From assembly GCA_964372345.1 (NCBI GenBank), contig CAYJQR010000001.1, forward strand, positions 36,825 to 100,824: DNA of 64,000 nt. The letters are read 5' to 3'. Source of the DNA: an uncultured Planctomycetia bacterium (GTDB lineage: Bacteria; Omnitrophota; Gorgyraeia; JACOVV01). This document shows, one piece after another, positions 1-9,987 of this stretch. Positions within the stretch are counted from its first letter, which is position 1. Each line of letters opens with the position of its first letter. A program made the position numbers and the translations under genes. The notes below the pieces were generated by a model. That model worked only from the letters and a program-made list of their open reading frames with translations, did not search any database and was not told the origin of the DNA.

Positions 1-1034
1 AGACAAAAGATCTGGTTCACTTCACCCGTCAGTTGGCTACCCTTGTTTCCGCCGGACTCCCTCTTTTAAAAGCCCTTCGCACCTTGTATGACCAGCTTGA
101 AAAAGGTTATCTCAAAGAGGCGGTCGGAGAGGTTTGTAAAGAGATCGAGGGAGGAACTCATTTTTCGGCCGCCCTCTCCAGATATCCCAAGGCGTTTCCT
201 GAACTCTTTGTCAACATGGTGCGCGCCGGGGAACAGGGGGGGATGCTGGATACTATTTTAAAGCGGCTCGCGGAATTTCTGGAAAAACAGCAGCGGCTGG
301 TTGAGAAGGTCCGCGCCAGCATGATGTATCCTTCTTTTGTCATGGGGATCGCCGTTCTCATTCTGGTTCTGTTGATGATTTTCGTCGTCCCCACCTTTAC
401 CTCCATGTTCCAGGAATTAGGAGGAGCTCTCCCCTTGCCGACCCAGATTTTAATCACACTGAGCGAATTAATCCGGCATTTCTGGTATGTTCTTTTATTT
501 CTCCCTTTCGGCGCGGGGACTCTCTATCGGTGGCTCACGGCCTCTCCCGGCCGGCGCTACTATGTTGATAAGGTTAAACTGAAACTGCCGGTCGTCGGCG
601 TCCTGATGAACCAGGTCTCGGTGGCCCGTTTTTCCAGGACGCTGGGGACTCTTCTTTCCAGCGGCGTCCCGATTTTGGGGGCGCTCGATACCGTCCGCAA
701 CGTTGTCGGCAATGAAGTCGTGGCGCGGGCGATTGGCAGGGTGCGTGAGTCCATTCGCGAAGGAGAAAGTGTGGCAGGCCCTTTGGAGAAATCGAATGTC
801 TTTCCTCCTCTGGTCATCAAGATGGTCGCTGTCGGAGAAGAGACGGGCCAACTGGATAAAATGCTGGTCCAGATCGCGGATTCCTACGAGGAAGAAGTGG
901 ACGTCGCCGTTAACGGGCTCACGGCGTTACTGGAGCCGTTCCTGATCGTCACGATGGGGCTTTTGGTCGGTTTCATCGTTGTCTCGATGTTCTTGCCGCT
1001 GTTTAGTTTGACGAGATTGGTGGGAGGGGAATAA
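1..1034 (+). CDS. Type II secretion / type IV pilus platform protein, GspF/PilC family. 5' partial: the reading frame is open to base 1.
   Basis: The translation has GspF-family motifs (FTRQLATLVSAGLPLLKAL, two polytopic membrane repeats) and the C-terminal domain is complete. The frame continues upstream of the first Met with no stop. Confidence 0.85.
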   Translation, partial: TKDLVHFTRQLATLVSAGLPLLKALRTLYDQLEKGYLKEAVGEVCKEIEGGTHFSAALSRYPKAFPELFVNMVRAGEQGGMLDTILKRLAEFLEKQQRLVEKVRASMMYPSFVMGIAVLILVLLMIFVVPTFTSMFQELGGALPLPTQILITLSELIRHFWYVLLFLPFGAGTLYRWLTASPGRRYYVDKVKLKLPVVGVLMNQVSVARFSRTLGTLLSSGVPILGALDTVRNVVGNEVVARAIGRVRESIREGESVAGPLEKSNVFPPLVIKMVAVGEETGQLDKMLVQIADSYEEEVDVAVNGLTALLEPFLIVTMGLLVGFIVVSMFLPLFSLTRLVGGE

Positions 1035-1470
<436 letters not shown>

Positions 1471-1474
<4 letters not shown>

Positions 1475-2121
1475 GTCCAAATACAGAGAATGGAAAATGG
1501 AAAATGGAAAATGGATTTAGGAATTTGTTTTTCCCATTCTCCATTCTCCATTCTCCATTCTCCGCTTTTACATTGCTGGAACTTCTGATCGCCATGACGA
1601 TTCTAGTGGTGATTCTAACCAGCACTTACACTCTTTTTCGCAGCGCCTCGGGGGCCTTCTTAAAAGGGGAAGTGCGGTCGGAACTGTATCAGCAGGTCCG
1701 GATTATCTTTGGTGTGGCGGAACGCGAGATCAGCTCGGCGCTCCCTGTGCCGGGAAAGGATCGTTATTTCCAGGGAAGCGAAGACCGGCTCTTCTTTATC
1801 TGTCCCGTTTCTGAACAGGACAAAGCGGACTTAAGAGAGGTCGGTTACTGGTTGTCGAATGAAGATCAGACGCTGATGCGCCACGTGGATACCGACCCGG
1901 ATTTTGATTTCACCACGGCTGACACGAATGAAGAACTTGGGGTCCATATCCAGCGGCTGGCGTTTTCTTATTATGACGGAGAAAAATGGGGAAACTCCTG
2001 TGATTCGCAGATCGAGCAGGGGCTCCCGAAGGCGGTTAAAATGGAAATAACCATTGGGGATAGTCGTGGGAAAGAGAAGAGTGAGTTCTCAACGATTGTG
2101 CGGATTGAGACAAACCAGTAA
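1471..2121 (+). CDS. Minor pseudopilin (GspJ-like).
   Basis: Has a prepilin-like segment AFTLLELLIAMTILVVILTSTYTLF with Glu at +5. Its leader is again encoded by the heptamer element. The -1 residue is Ala/Ser rather than Gly. There is a 4-nt overlap with the upstream gene. Confidence 0.65.
1487..1562. repeat. Heptamer inverted-repeat miniature element, copy A2.
   Basis: Sequence is agaatggaaaatggaaaatggaaaatggatttaggaatttgtttttcccattctccattctccattctccattctcc. The core is nearly identical to A1, including the ggatttaggaatttgttttt spacer. Confidence 0.85.
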
Positions 2122-5100
2122 AACGTACGACGTACGACGTACGACGTACGACGAATCTGGGATCGCTCTCATTATCGTCGTCAGTGTCCTCGCGATCGCC
2201 GGCGTGATGGCGGTCAGTTTTGCCTTCAGCCAGCGGTTGGAGCTGAAAGCGGCGGTCAACTACCAGCTCTCCGTCAAGGCGGGGTATATCGCCGAAGCCG
2301 GAATTCGCCACGCGGTGCAATTGTTAAAGGAAGACAAAGGGGTTAACGCCTACGACGCCTACTCGGAGCTGTGGGCGGCCAATTTTCAGGGCGAAGACGT
2401 TGACAACAATGGGGACGGCGCGGCCGATTCCCGATGGTTCGACTTCACGGAAGAAGGGGAGACGATAGGGCGTTACGCGGTATGGGTGGTTGACGAGGCG
2501 GGAAAGGTTAACCTGAACGCCGCTGGTTTTTACAATACTTCTCCTTTGAAGATCACGGAGGGATGGACTCCTTTCGAAGTGAGTCTTGAGAAATTATTGG
2601 ATGGTTTGACCGTGAGCAACGCTAAAGGATTGATGGAATCCATCCTTGATTATCGTTACGGAGGAGAGAGGGGACTCAAAGGAGGAATGGATAGCAGGGA
2701 TAATGATTTGGACGGATTGACGGATGAAAAAGGTTATCCCGGAAAAGATGACGATTCTTTCGACGATAATGGAAACGCGCGAGTCTTGGCTTATGACGGG
2801 ACCGATAATAACGCGGATGGAGTCCGCGATGAGCCCAATGACGGGATCAATGAACCGATGGAGTACAATCCCTGGGAACCGTACGCGGATGACCGGGTTT
2901 TCTTGACTACGGAACAGATCAAGGGGGTGGAGGGGGTCACGGAAGACGTTTTTCAAAAAATCCGGAACTTTGTAGGGACCCACTCCGCGGATAAGGAATT
3001 AAATTCTTATTCCAGGAATAGAATCTGCCTGAATCTGGCGACGGTGGATCAATTGTACAAAACCTTTCGTGAACGTGGAGTGGGACAACCGGCCCTCAAG
3101 GCGGTCCGGCTGAAGGATTGGCTGGACGCCGATTTGGAGCGGAGCAGTATCGTCAGGTTTGTCAAGGATCTGCCGGTTTCCGATCTTGGCAGCATTGGGG
3201 AGTGGAAGTGGGAAGGGGCTTATTATGCCAACAAAATTCCGGGGAGTGAACCCGGTCGGTGGCGGTGGATCGGTATCCCGGAAGGAAAATATTATGTGAC
3301 CTTGCTGGCGGATAAGCCGAACGACGTCGTTGGAGACGTCACGATCGCCGGTGAAGTGGTTCAAGAGATGAAACACGGAGACGCGTTTGTGACGGCAGAT
3401 TCCAACACGGTGTCTATCGGAGGCGATAGGAGCCTGACGGTGACGATCCAAAATAATCGGCAGGGAGAAGGGAGCGAGTGCCGTTTTCAAAAGATAGAGT
3501 TAGAACCGCAGGAAGGAATCCCCGCCGGCTTTAAGTCGGCGCCGGTTTATGGAGTGGAGGGGGTCAGGATCAACGAGCTGATGGTGAGGCCGATGGTGGA
3601 ACTGAATGTCAACCAGGGTCATGACCCTGGAGGGGACTGGAATTTCGAAGAGAATGGTTACGTCAACAGGAAACCGGCGGGGGGGACCATCGGAGAAGGG
3701 GTCTGGGAGTGGGAGGGCGTTCCTAATGGAACTTACTATGTGAATCTTTACGGGAAAGAAGACGGCAAGCCGGTCGGGGATGTGGAGATTAAGGGGAAGA
3801 AGAGTAGCCATTTTAAATCGGGAGGGAGATTCTCAGACACGGTAACGGTTTCCGGGGGATACTTAAGAATCGAAATCCAAAACAATGAAGAAAGCGAAAA
3901 CTGTGCTTTTTCCAAGGTGCGGCTCAGCCAGCAGCCGGATGATGAATACATCGAGTTAATCAACATTTCCCAGGATCCGATTTCGGTGGCGGGTTGGACC
4001 CTCGAGGGACCGGGCCCCGAAGGATGGCCGGCGACGATTCCGATTGAAACGGAACCGATTCCGTCGGGGGGGTATTTGGTTCTGGCGGTTGATTTGAATG
4101 ACAGCCAAACCGGCGTCTCAGGGAATGGGATCGCTTTCCATAAGAATAAGAACTGGGCCGAAGTTGACAACGCGGCGCAATTGCTGTTCAAGAATTCCGT
4201 CTCAGAGACAGGGGATCTCCTGAAAGACGGGCTTCAAATAGGATCGGAAACAGTCCGTCTGAAAAACACGGACGGCCAGGTGGTGGACGAAGCGGAATAT
4301 ACCTCTTATCCGGAGGCGAACAAGAGTTTAGAGCGGGCCAATCCCGCCGAAGACGCGGATTCCAACTCTAACGGCATCCAGGACGGGTTCTATACCACGA
4401 CCGGCCCCGGCGGCGGAACGCCCGGTAAAGAAAACAAGAACGTGGGATTGATTAAGGAATACAACGAATTCAACGACCCTGTTTACTACGATATCAACAA
4501 GGAGATCTGGATCAGGAATCGGCCTCTTCCTAACCTGGGGGTCCTCTCTGAACTTCCGATGCCAGGATGGACTCGTTGGAACTTGAGAGATCTGGGTTTT
4601 TTTGTGGACGATATCACTCTTCACGCGCAAAGATTGGAAGCCGAAGGACATCAACAAGAGGTCTCAGGATGGGCGGAGGTTCAACAGAGCGATCCATCGT
4701 CGAGCATTTTTCGTAGTCAACGGCTTGAAGAAGTGGGAGAATGGAGATGGGACAAGACCGATTTACTCAAGAACGGCTATTACACTCTGCGAATCTTCGG
4801 CAAGCCGGGACAGGGGGTACAGTGTTCCATCCGGTTGAAGGATGGAACATGGACGGAGTTTACCCCGGCGCTGACTCCGTCCAGCGATGGGAGTGTTGTC
4901 TATGGCGTGATTGGGATTGGCACCGGTGAGGAGACCGCCGTGGGAAAAAGGGTTCTCTCCCTGAAGCTGAAAAACGCTTCAGCGTCGGGAACAGCGACGT
5001 TTGACTACATCACGCTGGAGCCGTTCCCGGTGGTCTATGGAAAAATTAATCTCAACACGGCCCCTTCGGAGGTTCTGCAGGCGCTGCCTGGAGTGGATCA

Positions 5101-5350
5101 GACCCTGGCTGAAAAAATCATCGCGGCGCGCCCCCTTGGAGATTACCAGGGGCTAAAAAGAGGGGTTGGTGATTTAGTGACGAAAGGAGTGCTGACAACA
5201 GAAGATTCAAAAAGTTTTGAACAGTTTGGAAAGATGGCCAATTTAATCACCGTTCGTTCGGACGTCTACGAAGTCATTGCCACAGGACAATGGGTGCGTC
5301 ACGGGGTTGTCTTGGCTGAAAAGAAAATTAGAGTAGTGGTGGAGCGATGA
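2054..5350 (+). CDS. Giant GspK-like minor pseudopilin (1098 aa). It has an N-terminal pseudopilin-like transmembrane helix, a lamin-tail-like domain, three Trp-rich beta-sandwich repeats and a C-terminal helix-hairpin-helix. The start codon is uncertain.
   Basis: The hydrophobic N-terminus GIALIIVVSVLAIAGVMAVSFA and the C-terminus INLNTAPSEVLQALPGVDQTLAEKIIAARP are typical of GspK. EYIELINISQDPISVAGWTLEG matches the lamin-tail-domain signature. A motif of the form GEW-W-G...G.YYV.L.GK....GDV occurs three times. No ATG lies between the upstream stop (2121) and the transmembrane helix, so the start is either ATG 2054 (a 68-nt overlap) or non-canonical. Confidence 0.6.
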   Translation: MGIVVGKRRVSSQRLCGLRQTSKTYDVRRTTYDESGIALIIVVSVLAIAGVMAVSFAFSQRLELKAAVNYQLSVKAGYIAEAGIRHAVQLLKEDKGVNAYDAYSELWAANFQGEDVDNNGDGAADSRWFDFTEEGETIGRYAVWVVDEAGKVNLNAAGFYNTSPLKITEGWTPFEVSLEKLLDGLTVSNAKGLMESILDYRYGGERGLKGGMDSRDNDLDGLTDEKGYPGKDDDSFDDNGNARVLAYDGTDNNADGVRDEPNDGINEPMEYNPWEPYADDRVFLTTEQIKGVEGVTEDVFQKIRNFVGTHSADKELNSYSRNRICLNLATVDQLYKTFRERGVGQPALKAVRLKDWLDADLERSSIVRFVKDLPVSDLGSIGEWKWEGAYYANKIPGSEPGRWRWIGIPEGKYYVTLLADKPNDVVGDVTIAGEVVQEMKHGDAFVTADSNTVSIGGDRSLTVTIQNNRQGEGSECRFQKIELEPQEGIPAGFKSAPVYGVEGVRINELMVRPMVELNVNQGHDPGGDWNFEENGYVNRKPAGGTIGEGVWEWEGVPNGTYYVNLYGKEDGKPVGDVEIKGKKSSHFKSGGRFSDTVTVSGGYLRIEIQNNEESENCAFSKVRLSQQPDDEYIELINISQDPISVAGWTLEGPGPEGWPATIPIETEPIPSGGYLVLAVDLNDSQTGVSGNGIAFHKNKNWAEVDNAAQLLFKNSVSETGDLLKDGLQIGSETVRLKNTDGQVVDEAEYTSYPEANKSLERANPAEDADSNSNGIQDGFYTTTGPGGGTPGKENKNVGLIKEYNEFNDPVYYDINKEIWIRNRPLPNLGVLSELPMPGWTRWNLRDLGFFVDDITLHAQRLEAEGHQQEVSGWAEVQQSDPSSSIFRSQRLEEVGEWRWDKTDLLKNGYYTLRIFGKPGQGVQCSIRLKDGTWTEFTPALTPSSDGSVVYGVIGIGTGEETAVGKRVLSLKLKNASASGTATFDYITLEPFPVVYGKINLNTAPSEVLQALPGVDQTLAEKIIAARPLGDYQGLKRGVGDLVTKGVLTTEDSKSFEQFGKMANLITVRSDVYEVIATGQWVRHGVVLAEKKIRVVVER
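2123..2153. repeat. (CGTACGA) heptanucleotide tandem repeat, about 4.5 units.
   Basis: Sequence is acgtacgacgtacgacgtacgacgtacgacg, directly at the gspJ-like / gspK-like junction. It lies inside the putative N-terminal coding region of the 1098-aa ORF. Confidence 0.9.
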
Positions 5351-6945
5351 GAAAAACGGAAAATGGAAAATGGAAAGTGGAAAGTGGGAAAGACAAAAAT
5401 CCATTTTCCGGGTTTTATGTCTTGTTGATTGTTTTTGCTTTATCCATTTTCCATTCTCTATTTTCCATTTTCCCTGTTTACGCCGAGGCCAGCAAAAGTT
5501 CCAAGTTCACTCTCGATGCCGGAGGATTTGTTTCTGGAGGGGGCAGCGCTGAAAGCCCGACAATCAAATCTCAAGCCGGAAACCTGGGAGATTTCGCGGG
5601 AACAACCACCACCGCGACTTCCTCTGGAACTTCCTCATCGGGCGCGGCTTCCGCCGTGACTACGGTGAATCCGGGGCTTCTCCAGGTCATCGTGGGAGAA
5701 GGCGCTCATAGTGATTATCCTTTTGATATCAAGGAAATCATTGCTAAGGATTCTCCCATGGGAAGCGCCATCACTGCCGCCGACTGGCAGAAGGATAATG
5801 ATCCCTATTTCTACTGGACGGTTTATGGTCCGCCGGAAGGAGTCATCGGTTACAGTTTTGCTCTGAACGCGATTCCCGATGAAACAGTGGATGTGAGCGA
5901 TTCCAGTTTTTCCTATGCCGGGAAGAATATCTCCGACGGCAAGCATCTTTTCCGTGTCATTGCCCAGAGCGCCGCCGGCAAATGGGGAAGAGAAGGGGCT
6001 TTTGAAATCTGGATTGACGCGACGGCTCCATCGGTGGTTTCCTTTAATCCCGGGAACAAGGCCCTGCTGAATACGGCGACACCCCAGATCCAAGTCGCTT
6101 TAAAAGATGCTGACAGCGGCGTCAACCCGGATTCCGTTGTTTTAAAGGTGAATCGCGCCACGGTTGAGGTCCCTTTTGACGACCAACAGGGGGGCGTTAC
6201 TTACACGCCTGCTTCTCCGCTAAAAGAGGGGATTAATTCGATCACGTTCGACGCGCGGGATAAAACAAATAACGTCGCGGCGACTCTAGTCTGGAGCTTC
6301 ACCATTGATACCCAAGCGCCCGGCGGAAGCGTCGTCATCAATAACGGCGACGCGTCCACCACTTCTACCTCAGTCAAATTGACGCTCGCTGCGGAAGACG
6401 CGACGACTTCGGTTAAAGAGATGATGATCAGTAATCAACCTGATTTCGGCGGGGCGCGCTGGGAACCTTTCGTTGGTTTGAAAGATTCGTGGACACTCTC
6501 TCCGGTCAGCGGGGAACGGGCTGTCTATGTTAAATTTAAAGATGAAGCGGGCAATGAATCCGGCGCCTACAGCGACCCCATCGAATTGGTGATCATCGCT
6601 CCGGACACAACCATCACCAGCGGCCCTTCCGGGGTCACCGATCAGACAGCGGCGGCTTTCACTTATTCCGCTTCTGAGTCCGGCAGTTCTTTCAGGCGTC
6701 AAATTGACGGGGGGGATTGGTCGGAGTGGGGGACTGAAACCTGGGTGACGTTCACCGATCTTAAAAGGGGAAATCACTATTTCGGCGTCAAGGCCGGTAA
6801 AGATGTGGATGGCAATGGCACGATTGACGCCGACGAGGAAGATCCGACCCCCGCGACGCGAAGCTGGACGATCAGTGAAAGCGGCGGAACAGAAGCGATT
6901 AACTTACCACCGGAAAAGCCAGTGAAATATTGGTACAAAGAATAG
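5347..6945 (+). CDS. Secreted protein with Ig-like/Big-like beta-sandwich repeats. Possible pilus-associated adhesin or T2SS substrate.
   Basis: The N-terminal signal peptide is largely encoded by heptamer element A3 (hydrophobic core FYVLLIVFALSIFHSLFSIFPVYAEA). The sequence is Thr/Ser-rich with repeated modules reminiscent of bacterial Ig-like domains. The ATGA start overlaps the upstream gene. Confidence 0.5.
   Translation: MRKTENGKWKVESGKDKNPFSGFYVLLIVFALSIFHSLFSIFPVYAEASKSSKFTLDAGGFVSGGGSAESPTIKSQAGNLGDFAGTTTTATSSGTSSSGAASAVTTVNPGLLQVIVGEGAHSDYPFDIKEIIAKDSPMGSAITAADWQKDNDPYFYWTVYGPPEGVIGYSFALNAIPDETVDVSDSSFSYAGKNISDGKHLFRVIAQSAAGKWGREGAFEIWIDATAPSVVSFNPGNKALLNTATPQIQVALKDADSGVNPDSVVLKVNRATVEVPFDDQQGGVTYTPASPLKEGINSITFDARDKTNNVAATLVWSFTIDTQAPGGSVVINNGDASTTSTSVKLTLAAEDATTSVKEMMISNQPDFGGARWEPFVGLKDSWTLSPVSGERAVYVKFKDEAGNESGAYSDPIELVIIAPDTTITSGPSGVTDQTAAAFTYSASESGSSFRRQIDGGDWSEWGTETWVTFTDLKRGNHYFGVKAGKDVDGNGTIDADEEDPTPATRSWTISESGGTEAINLPPEKPVKYWYKE
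5358..5473. repeat. Heptamer inverted-repeat miniature element, copy A3. It is longer than A1/A2 and has exact terminal inverted repeats GGAAAATGG ... CCATTTTCC.
   Basis: Sequence runs ggaaaatggaaaatggaaagtggaaagtgggaaagacaaaaatccattttccggg ... ccattttccattctctattttccattttcc. The interior has a nested palindrome (aagacaaaa / ttttatgtctt). Confidence 0.8.
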
Positions 6946-6980
6946 CGTATAGCGGTCAGCGTTCAGAAAAGACTTTTTAA

Positions 6981-7013
6981 CTGTACCCTGAACCCTGTAC
7001 CCTGTACCCTGAG
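6981..7013. repeat. (CCCTGTA/CCCTGAA) heptanucleotide tandem repeat, intergenic.
   Basis: Sequence is ctgtaccctgaaccctgtaccctgtaccctgag. A related copy cccctgtcccctgtaccctgaaac sits at 31974-31997. Confidence 0.85.
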
Positions 7014-7019
7014 TGCTAT

Positions 7020-8672
7020 ATGTCAACCTCGATCGGTCTGGATATCGGATGGCGGGCGATTAAACTGGTGCAGCTGGAGAAGTCGCCCAAAGGGATTCGC
7101 TTATTGAAGACGGGAGCGCATCTCATTCCTTACAAGGAAAAGGAAACGGAGTCCGAGCGGTTAGAGGCGATCACGAAAGGGATCGGCCAGCTGTTGTCAG
7201 AATTAAGAATCTCACCGTCCAGTTCCTTCAATTTAGCGGTGTCGGGCCAGTCTGTTTTTATCCGGACGATTCAAGTCATCGCGGTCAGCTATGAGAAATT
7301 AAGACAGCATATCCGTTTTGAAGCCGAGCAACATATCCCGTTTGCCCTCAACGAAGTTTTATGGGATTACTGTTTAGTCAATCCTGAGAGAAAGAAACAT
7401 CCGGGCCTTCAGGAAAAGAGGTCGGGGGAATGGCGGGTGATTCTGGCCGCCATTAAAAAGAACCTGGTGGACCGTCAGCGGGAGTTTATCAGCAGAATCA
7501 GAGGAAAATGCAGGCTCATTGACGTCGGCCCGATTGCTTTTCACAGCGCGTCCTGTTTCATGGACGCTCATTTTTTAAAACAGACCATCGTGTTATTGGA
7601 TATGGGGGCGAGAGGGACGAATTTAATCATCGCCGGCAATGGAGAGGTGTGGGTTCGGAGCTTTCCCCTTGGGGCTGACCGGTTCACCCAAGCGGTGAGT
7701 GAGAAGATGAAGATCGCTTTTAACGAAGCGGAGGTTTTGAAACAGCGGGTAGGGTTAGGGCCGGCGCCGGATTCTGGGGAGAGCGCCGTTGTGGAGGCGA
7801 TAAAACCGGCCGTTACCGATCTGTTGGAAGAAATCCAGCGGTCGCTGGAATATTATCATACTCAGGTGACGACGGCAGGCGCGTCCCATCCCAAGCCGGC
7901 GAAAATGGTACTGGGAGGGGGCGGAGCGCTGTTAAAGGGGATTGTGCCTCTCTTTCAGGAAAAACTGGGAACGCCGGTTGAATTATGGTCCGGGTTTCAG
8001 AATCTTTCAAGCCGCGTTTCCCCCGCTGTCTCTCAATGGCCGCAGGTGCAGTTTGGCACGGCGATGGGACTGGCCCTGCGCGGTCTGGTGACTTCCCCGA
8101 TTGAACTCAATCTTCTGCGGGAAGAGGTGAATCGTCATGCCGAGAGAAAAACCCTGCGGTTGTACGGAGGAGGATCACTTTTTCTAATATTGGGAATGCT
8201 GGGAATCATGGCTCAGGCGACTCGCAGTGAATATCAAAAGAAGGCGGGCTATCTGGAAGAGATCAAAAAGACGATAAAGACCTACCAGAGTTACGAACCC
8301 AAAATTAAGGAGCTGGAATTAAAAAACCATCTGTTAAAAAACCAGGTGAGTTCGCTCTACGGCGTTCTGCGGCAGAGGCAGACATGGCTGGATGTTCTCC
8401 AGCGTTTGGAGAAATCACTGCCCAAAGAAGTCTGGCTGATGAGCTATGAAGGAACCTTAGATCTGACTTCCGGTTCCCAGGACGCGACAGCGGGAGTCGT
8501 CAGGATTGTGGGACGATCCCTCTCCTATCAAGGGGTGACGGAGTTTGTTTCTAACCTCAAAAACTCGGTTCAATTCACTCAGGTCAAACCGGTTTCTTCC
8601 AATATTAAGAAGTCAGAAACTGGGGATGAAATTGTCGAGTTTCAAGTGGAGATGAAAATAGCATGGCAGTGA
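7020..8672 (+). CDS. PilM-PilN fusion: a PilM-like actin-fold domain, a transmembrane segment, then a PilN-like periplasmic domain.
   Basis: The N-terminus IGLDIGWRAIKLVQLE and about 370 aa match the PilM/FtsA-like fold. A transmembrane helix (LRLYGGGSLFLILGMLGIMAQA) and a coiled coil typical of PilN/GspL-M follow. Confidence 0.7.
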   Translation: MSTSIGLDIGWRAIKLVQLEKSPKGIRLLKTGAHLIPYKEKETESERLEAITKGIGQLLSELRISPSSSFNLAVSGQSVFIRTIQVIAVSYEKLRQHIRFEAEQHIPFALNEVLWDYCLVNPERKKHPGLQEKRSGEWRVILAAIKKNLVDRQREFISRIRGKCRLIDVGPIAFHSASCFMDAHFLKQTIVLLDMGARGTNLIIAGNGEVWVRSFPLGADRFTQAVSEKMKIAFNEAEVLKQRVGLGPAPDSGESAVVEAIKPAVTDLLEEIQRSLEYYHTQVTTAGASHPKPAKMVLGGGGALLKGIVPLFQEKLGTPVELWSGFQNLSSRVSPAVSQWPQVQFGTAMGLALRGLVTSPIELNLLREEVNRHAERKTLRLYGGGSLFLILGMLGIMAQATRSEYQKKAGYLEEIKKTIKTYQSYEPKIKELELKNHLLKNQVSSLYGVLRQRQTWLDVLQRLEKSLPKEVWLMSYEGTLDLTSGSQDATAGVVRIVGRSLSYQGVTEFVSNLKNSVQFTQVKPVSSNIKKSETGDEIVEFQVEMKIAWQ

Positions 8673-9418
8673 AAAAGAGAGCCGTCTCTTTTCCGGCGCT
8701 GTTGGCGGGGGTGGTTTTTCTGGCAATAGCGGGGGCGCTGGTATGGTTTGGTTTCGCGGGAGAACATAACCCCCAGGAAGTGGAAAAAGAGTTGAGCCGC
8801 AGAGAGAGAGAGATAAGGCGTTATCAGGGAGAACAAAAGACCACGCCGACGCCGGAGGCGTACGCGGTATTGCGGAAGATTAATGAAAAACTGAACAGCG
8901 ATTTAAAACAGCTTGAACAGATGATTCAAAAAACAAATCTAACCGTTCCGGAAGGGACGGTGACCGATGGGCTCTTTTTCCGGGAACAGCTCTTTAAGAC
9001 AGGCAAGGACCTTCACCTTCTGGCGTTGGATCGTGAGACGGTCCTTCCGGAGACACTGGGATTTTCTGATGAACTGCCGGACGTTAAAAGAGTTCCGCTC
9101 CTGCTCCGCCAGCTGTTGACGATACAGGAGACTGTGACCGCGTTCATCGAATCGGGAACGGGGGCGTTATCCCTGGTGAAACCGCTCGACCCGGTCGAGC
9201 ATAAGAATCAGGACACGGGCCAGGTGACTCTGGTGGAACTTCCGGTGCAGATTGCCGCGGAGTGCGATTTCCAAACTCTGTTAGCCGTTTTGATCCATCT
9301 CAGAAACAGCTCACAGGCAATCGTCGTCCGTGAACTTCAGGTAAAGACCAAGGAAGAAGAAACTCTGCAGGTTCAGATGGTGGCCAGTGGGTTTTTTATC
9401 GCGAGTAAACAAGAATGA
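8663..9418 (+). CDS. PilO-like pilus assembly protein.
   Basis: It has an N-terminal transmembrane helix, a coiled coil and a C-terminal alpha/beta domain. It sits immediately downstream of the PilM-PilN fusion and overlaps its 3' end. Confidence 0.5.
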   Translation: MAVKKRAVSFPALLAGVVFLAIAGALVWFGFAGEHNPQEVEKELSRREREIRRYQGEQKTTPTPEAYAVLRKINEKLNSDLKQLEQMIQKTNLTVPEGTVTDGLFFREQLFKTGKDLHLLALDRETVLPETLGFSDELPDVKRVPLLLRQLLTIQETVTAFIESGTGALSLVKPLDPVEHKNQDTGQVTLVELPVQIAAECDFQTLLAVLIHLRNSSQAIVVRELQVKTKEEETLQVQMVASGFFIASKQE

Positions 9419-9987
9419 GTAAACTCAAAATCGTTTTCTGGATATTGGCGGTTCTTTTTACGGCTTTTTTTATTCATCGCGCTCTCTTTACCTCCGGGGC
9501 CAGGAACGGGAAGATGCTGGATCCGGCCAAGAAAAATGTTCAGGCGCTCCTGGACAAGGCAGAGGAGAGGCTTCCTAAAGAAGTGTCGGTGCGTCTGGAT
9601 CCGTTAACAGTTCCAATTTTAGAGGACTCCTATAAAGGGCTCAAAGGAAGGAATTTGTTTGCTCAGTATCAAGTTTCTAAAAAGACCGCAGCCCCTTCAA
9701 AATCTGACAAGAAAGGGGATGAGGCAGCGAAGTCAAAGAAGAAAGAAGAACCCCCGCCGGCCGTCTTCTTTTATAAAGGGACGATTCATCTGGGAGGAAA
9801 ACAGGTGGTGATCCTGCAGGAAGAAGGGGGACGCTCTTTCTTTGTCGGGAAAGGGGATCATCTGGTGTTAAAGGGGGGGGAATCAGAGTACGAAGTCATT
9901 GACATTACAGCAGATGAGGTGATAATATTAAATTCGAAATTACCTCAGGAAGAGAAAGTTTCAGTCTCAAAAATAAAGTCCAAATGA
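9415..9987 (+). CDS. PilP-like protein.
   Basis: It has a transmembrane/signal anchor and a Lys-rich linker. The C-terminal beta domain GTIHLGGKQVVILQEEGGRSFFVGKGDHLV...YEVIDITADEVIILN matches the PilP-fold pattern. Confidence 0.5.
   Translation: MSKLKIVFWILAVLFTAFFIHRALFTSGARNGKMLDPAKKNVQALLDKAEERLPKEVSVRLDPLTVPILEDSYKGLKGRNLFAQYQVSKKTAAPSKSDKKGDEAAKSKKKEEPPPAVFFYKGTIHLGGKQVVILQEEGGRSFFVGKGDHLVLKGGESEYEVIDITADEVIILNSKLPQEEKVSVSKIKSK

Noticed and set aside
2054-2121. Whether the 1098-aa gene really starts at ATG 2054, overlapping the upstream gene by 68 nt
   Set aside because: This is not resolved. No ATG/GTG/TTG lies between 2122 and the transmembrane helix. I kept the annotated start but flagged it as uncertain. 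A non-canonical start or a sequencing error in the heptamer tract is possible.
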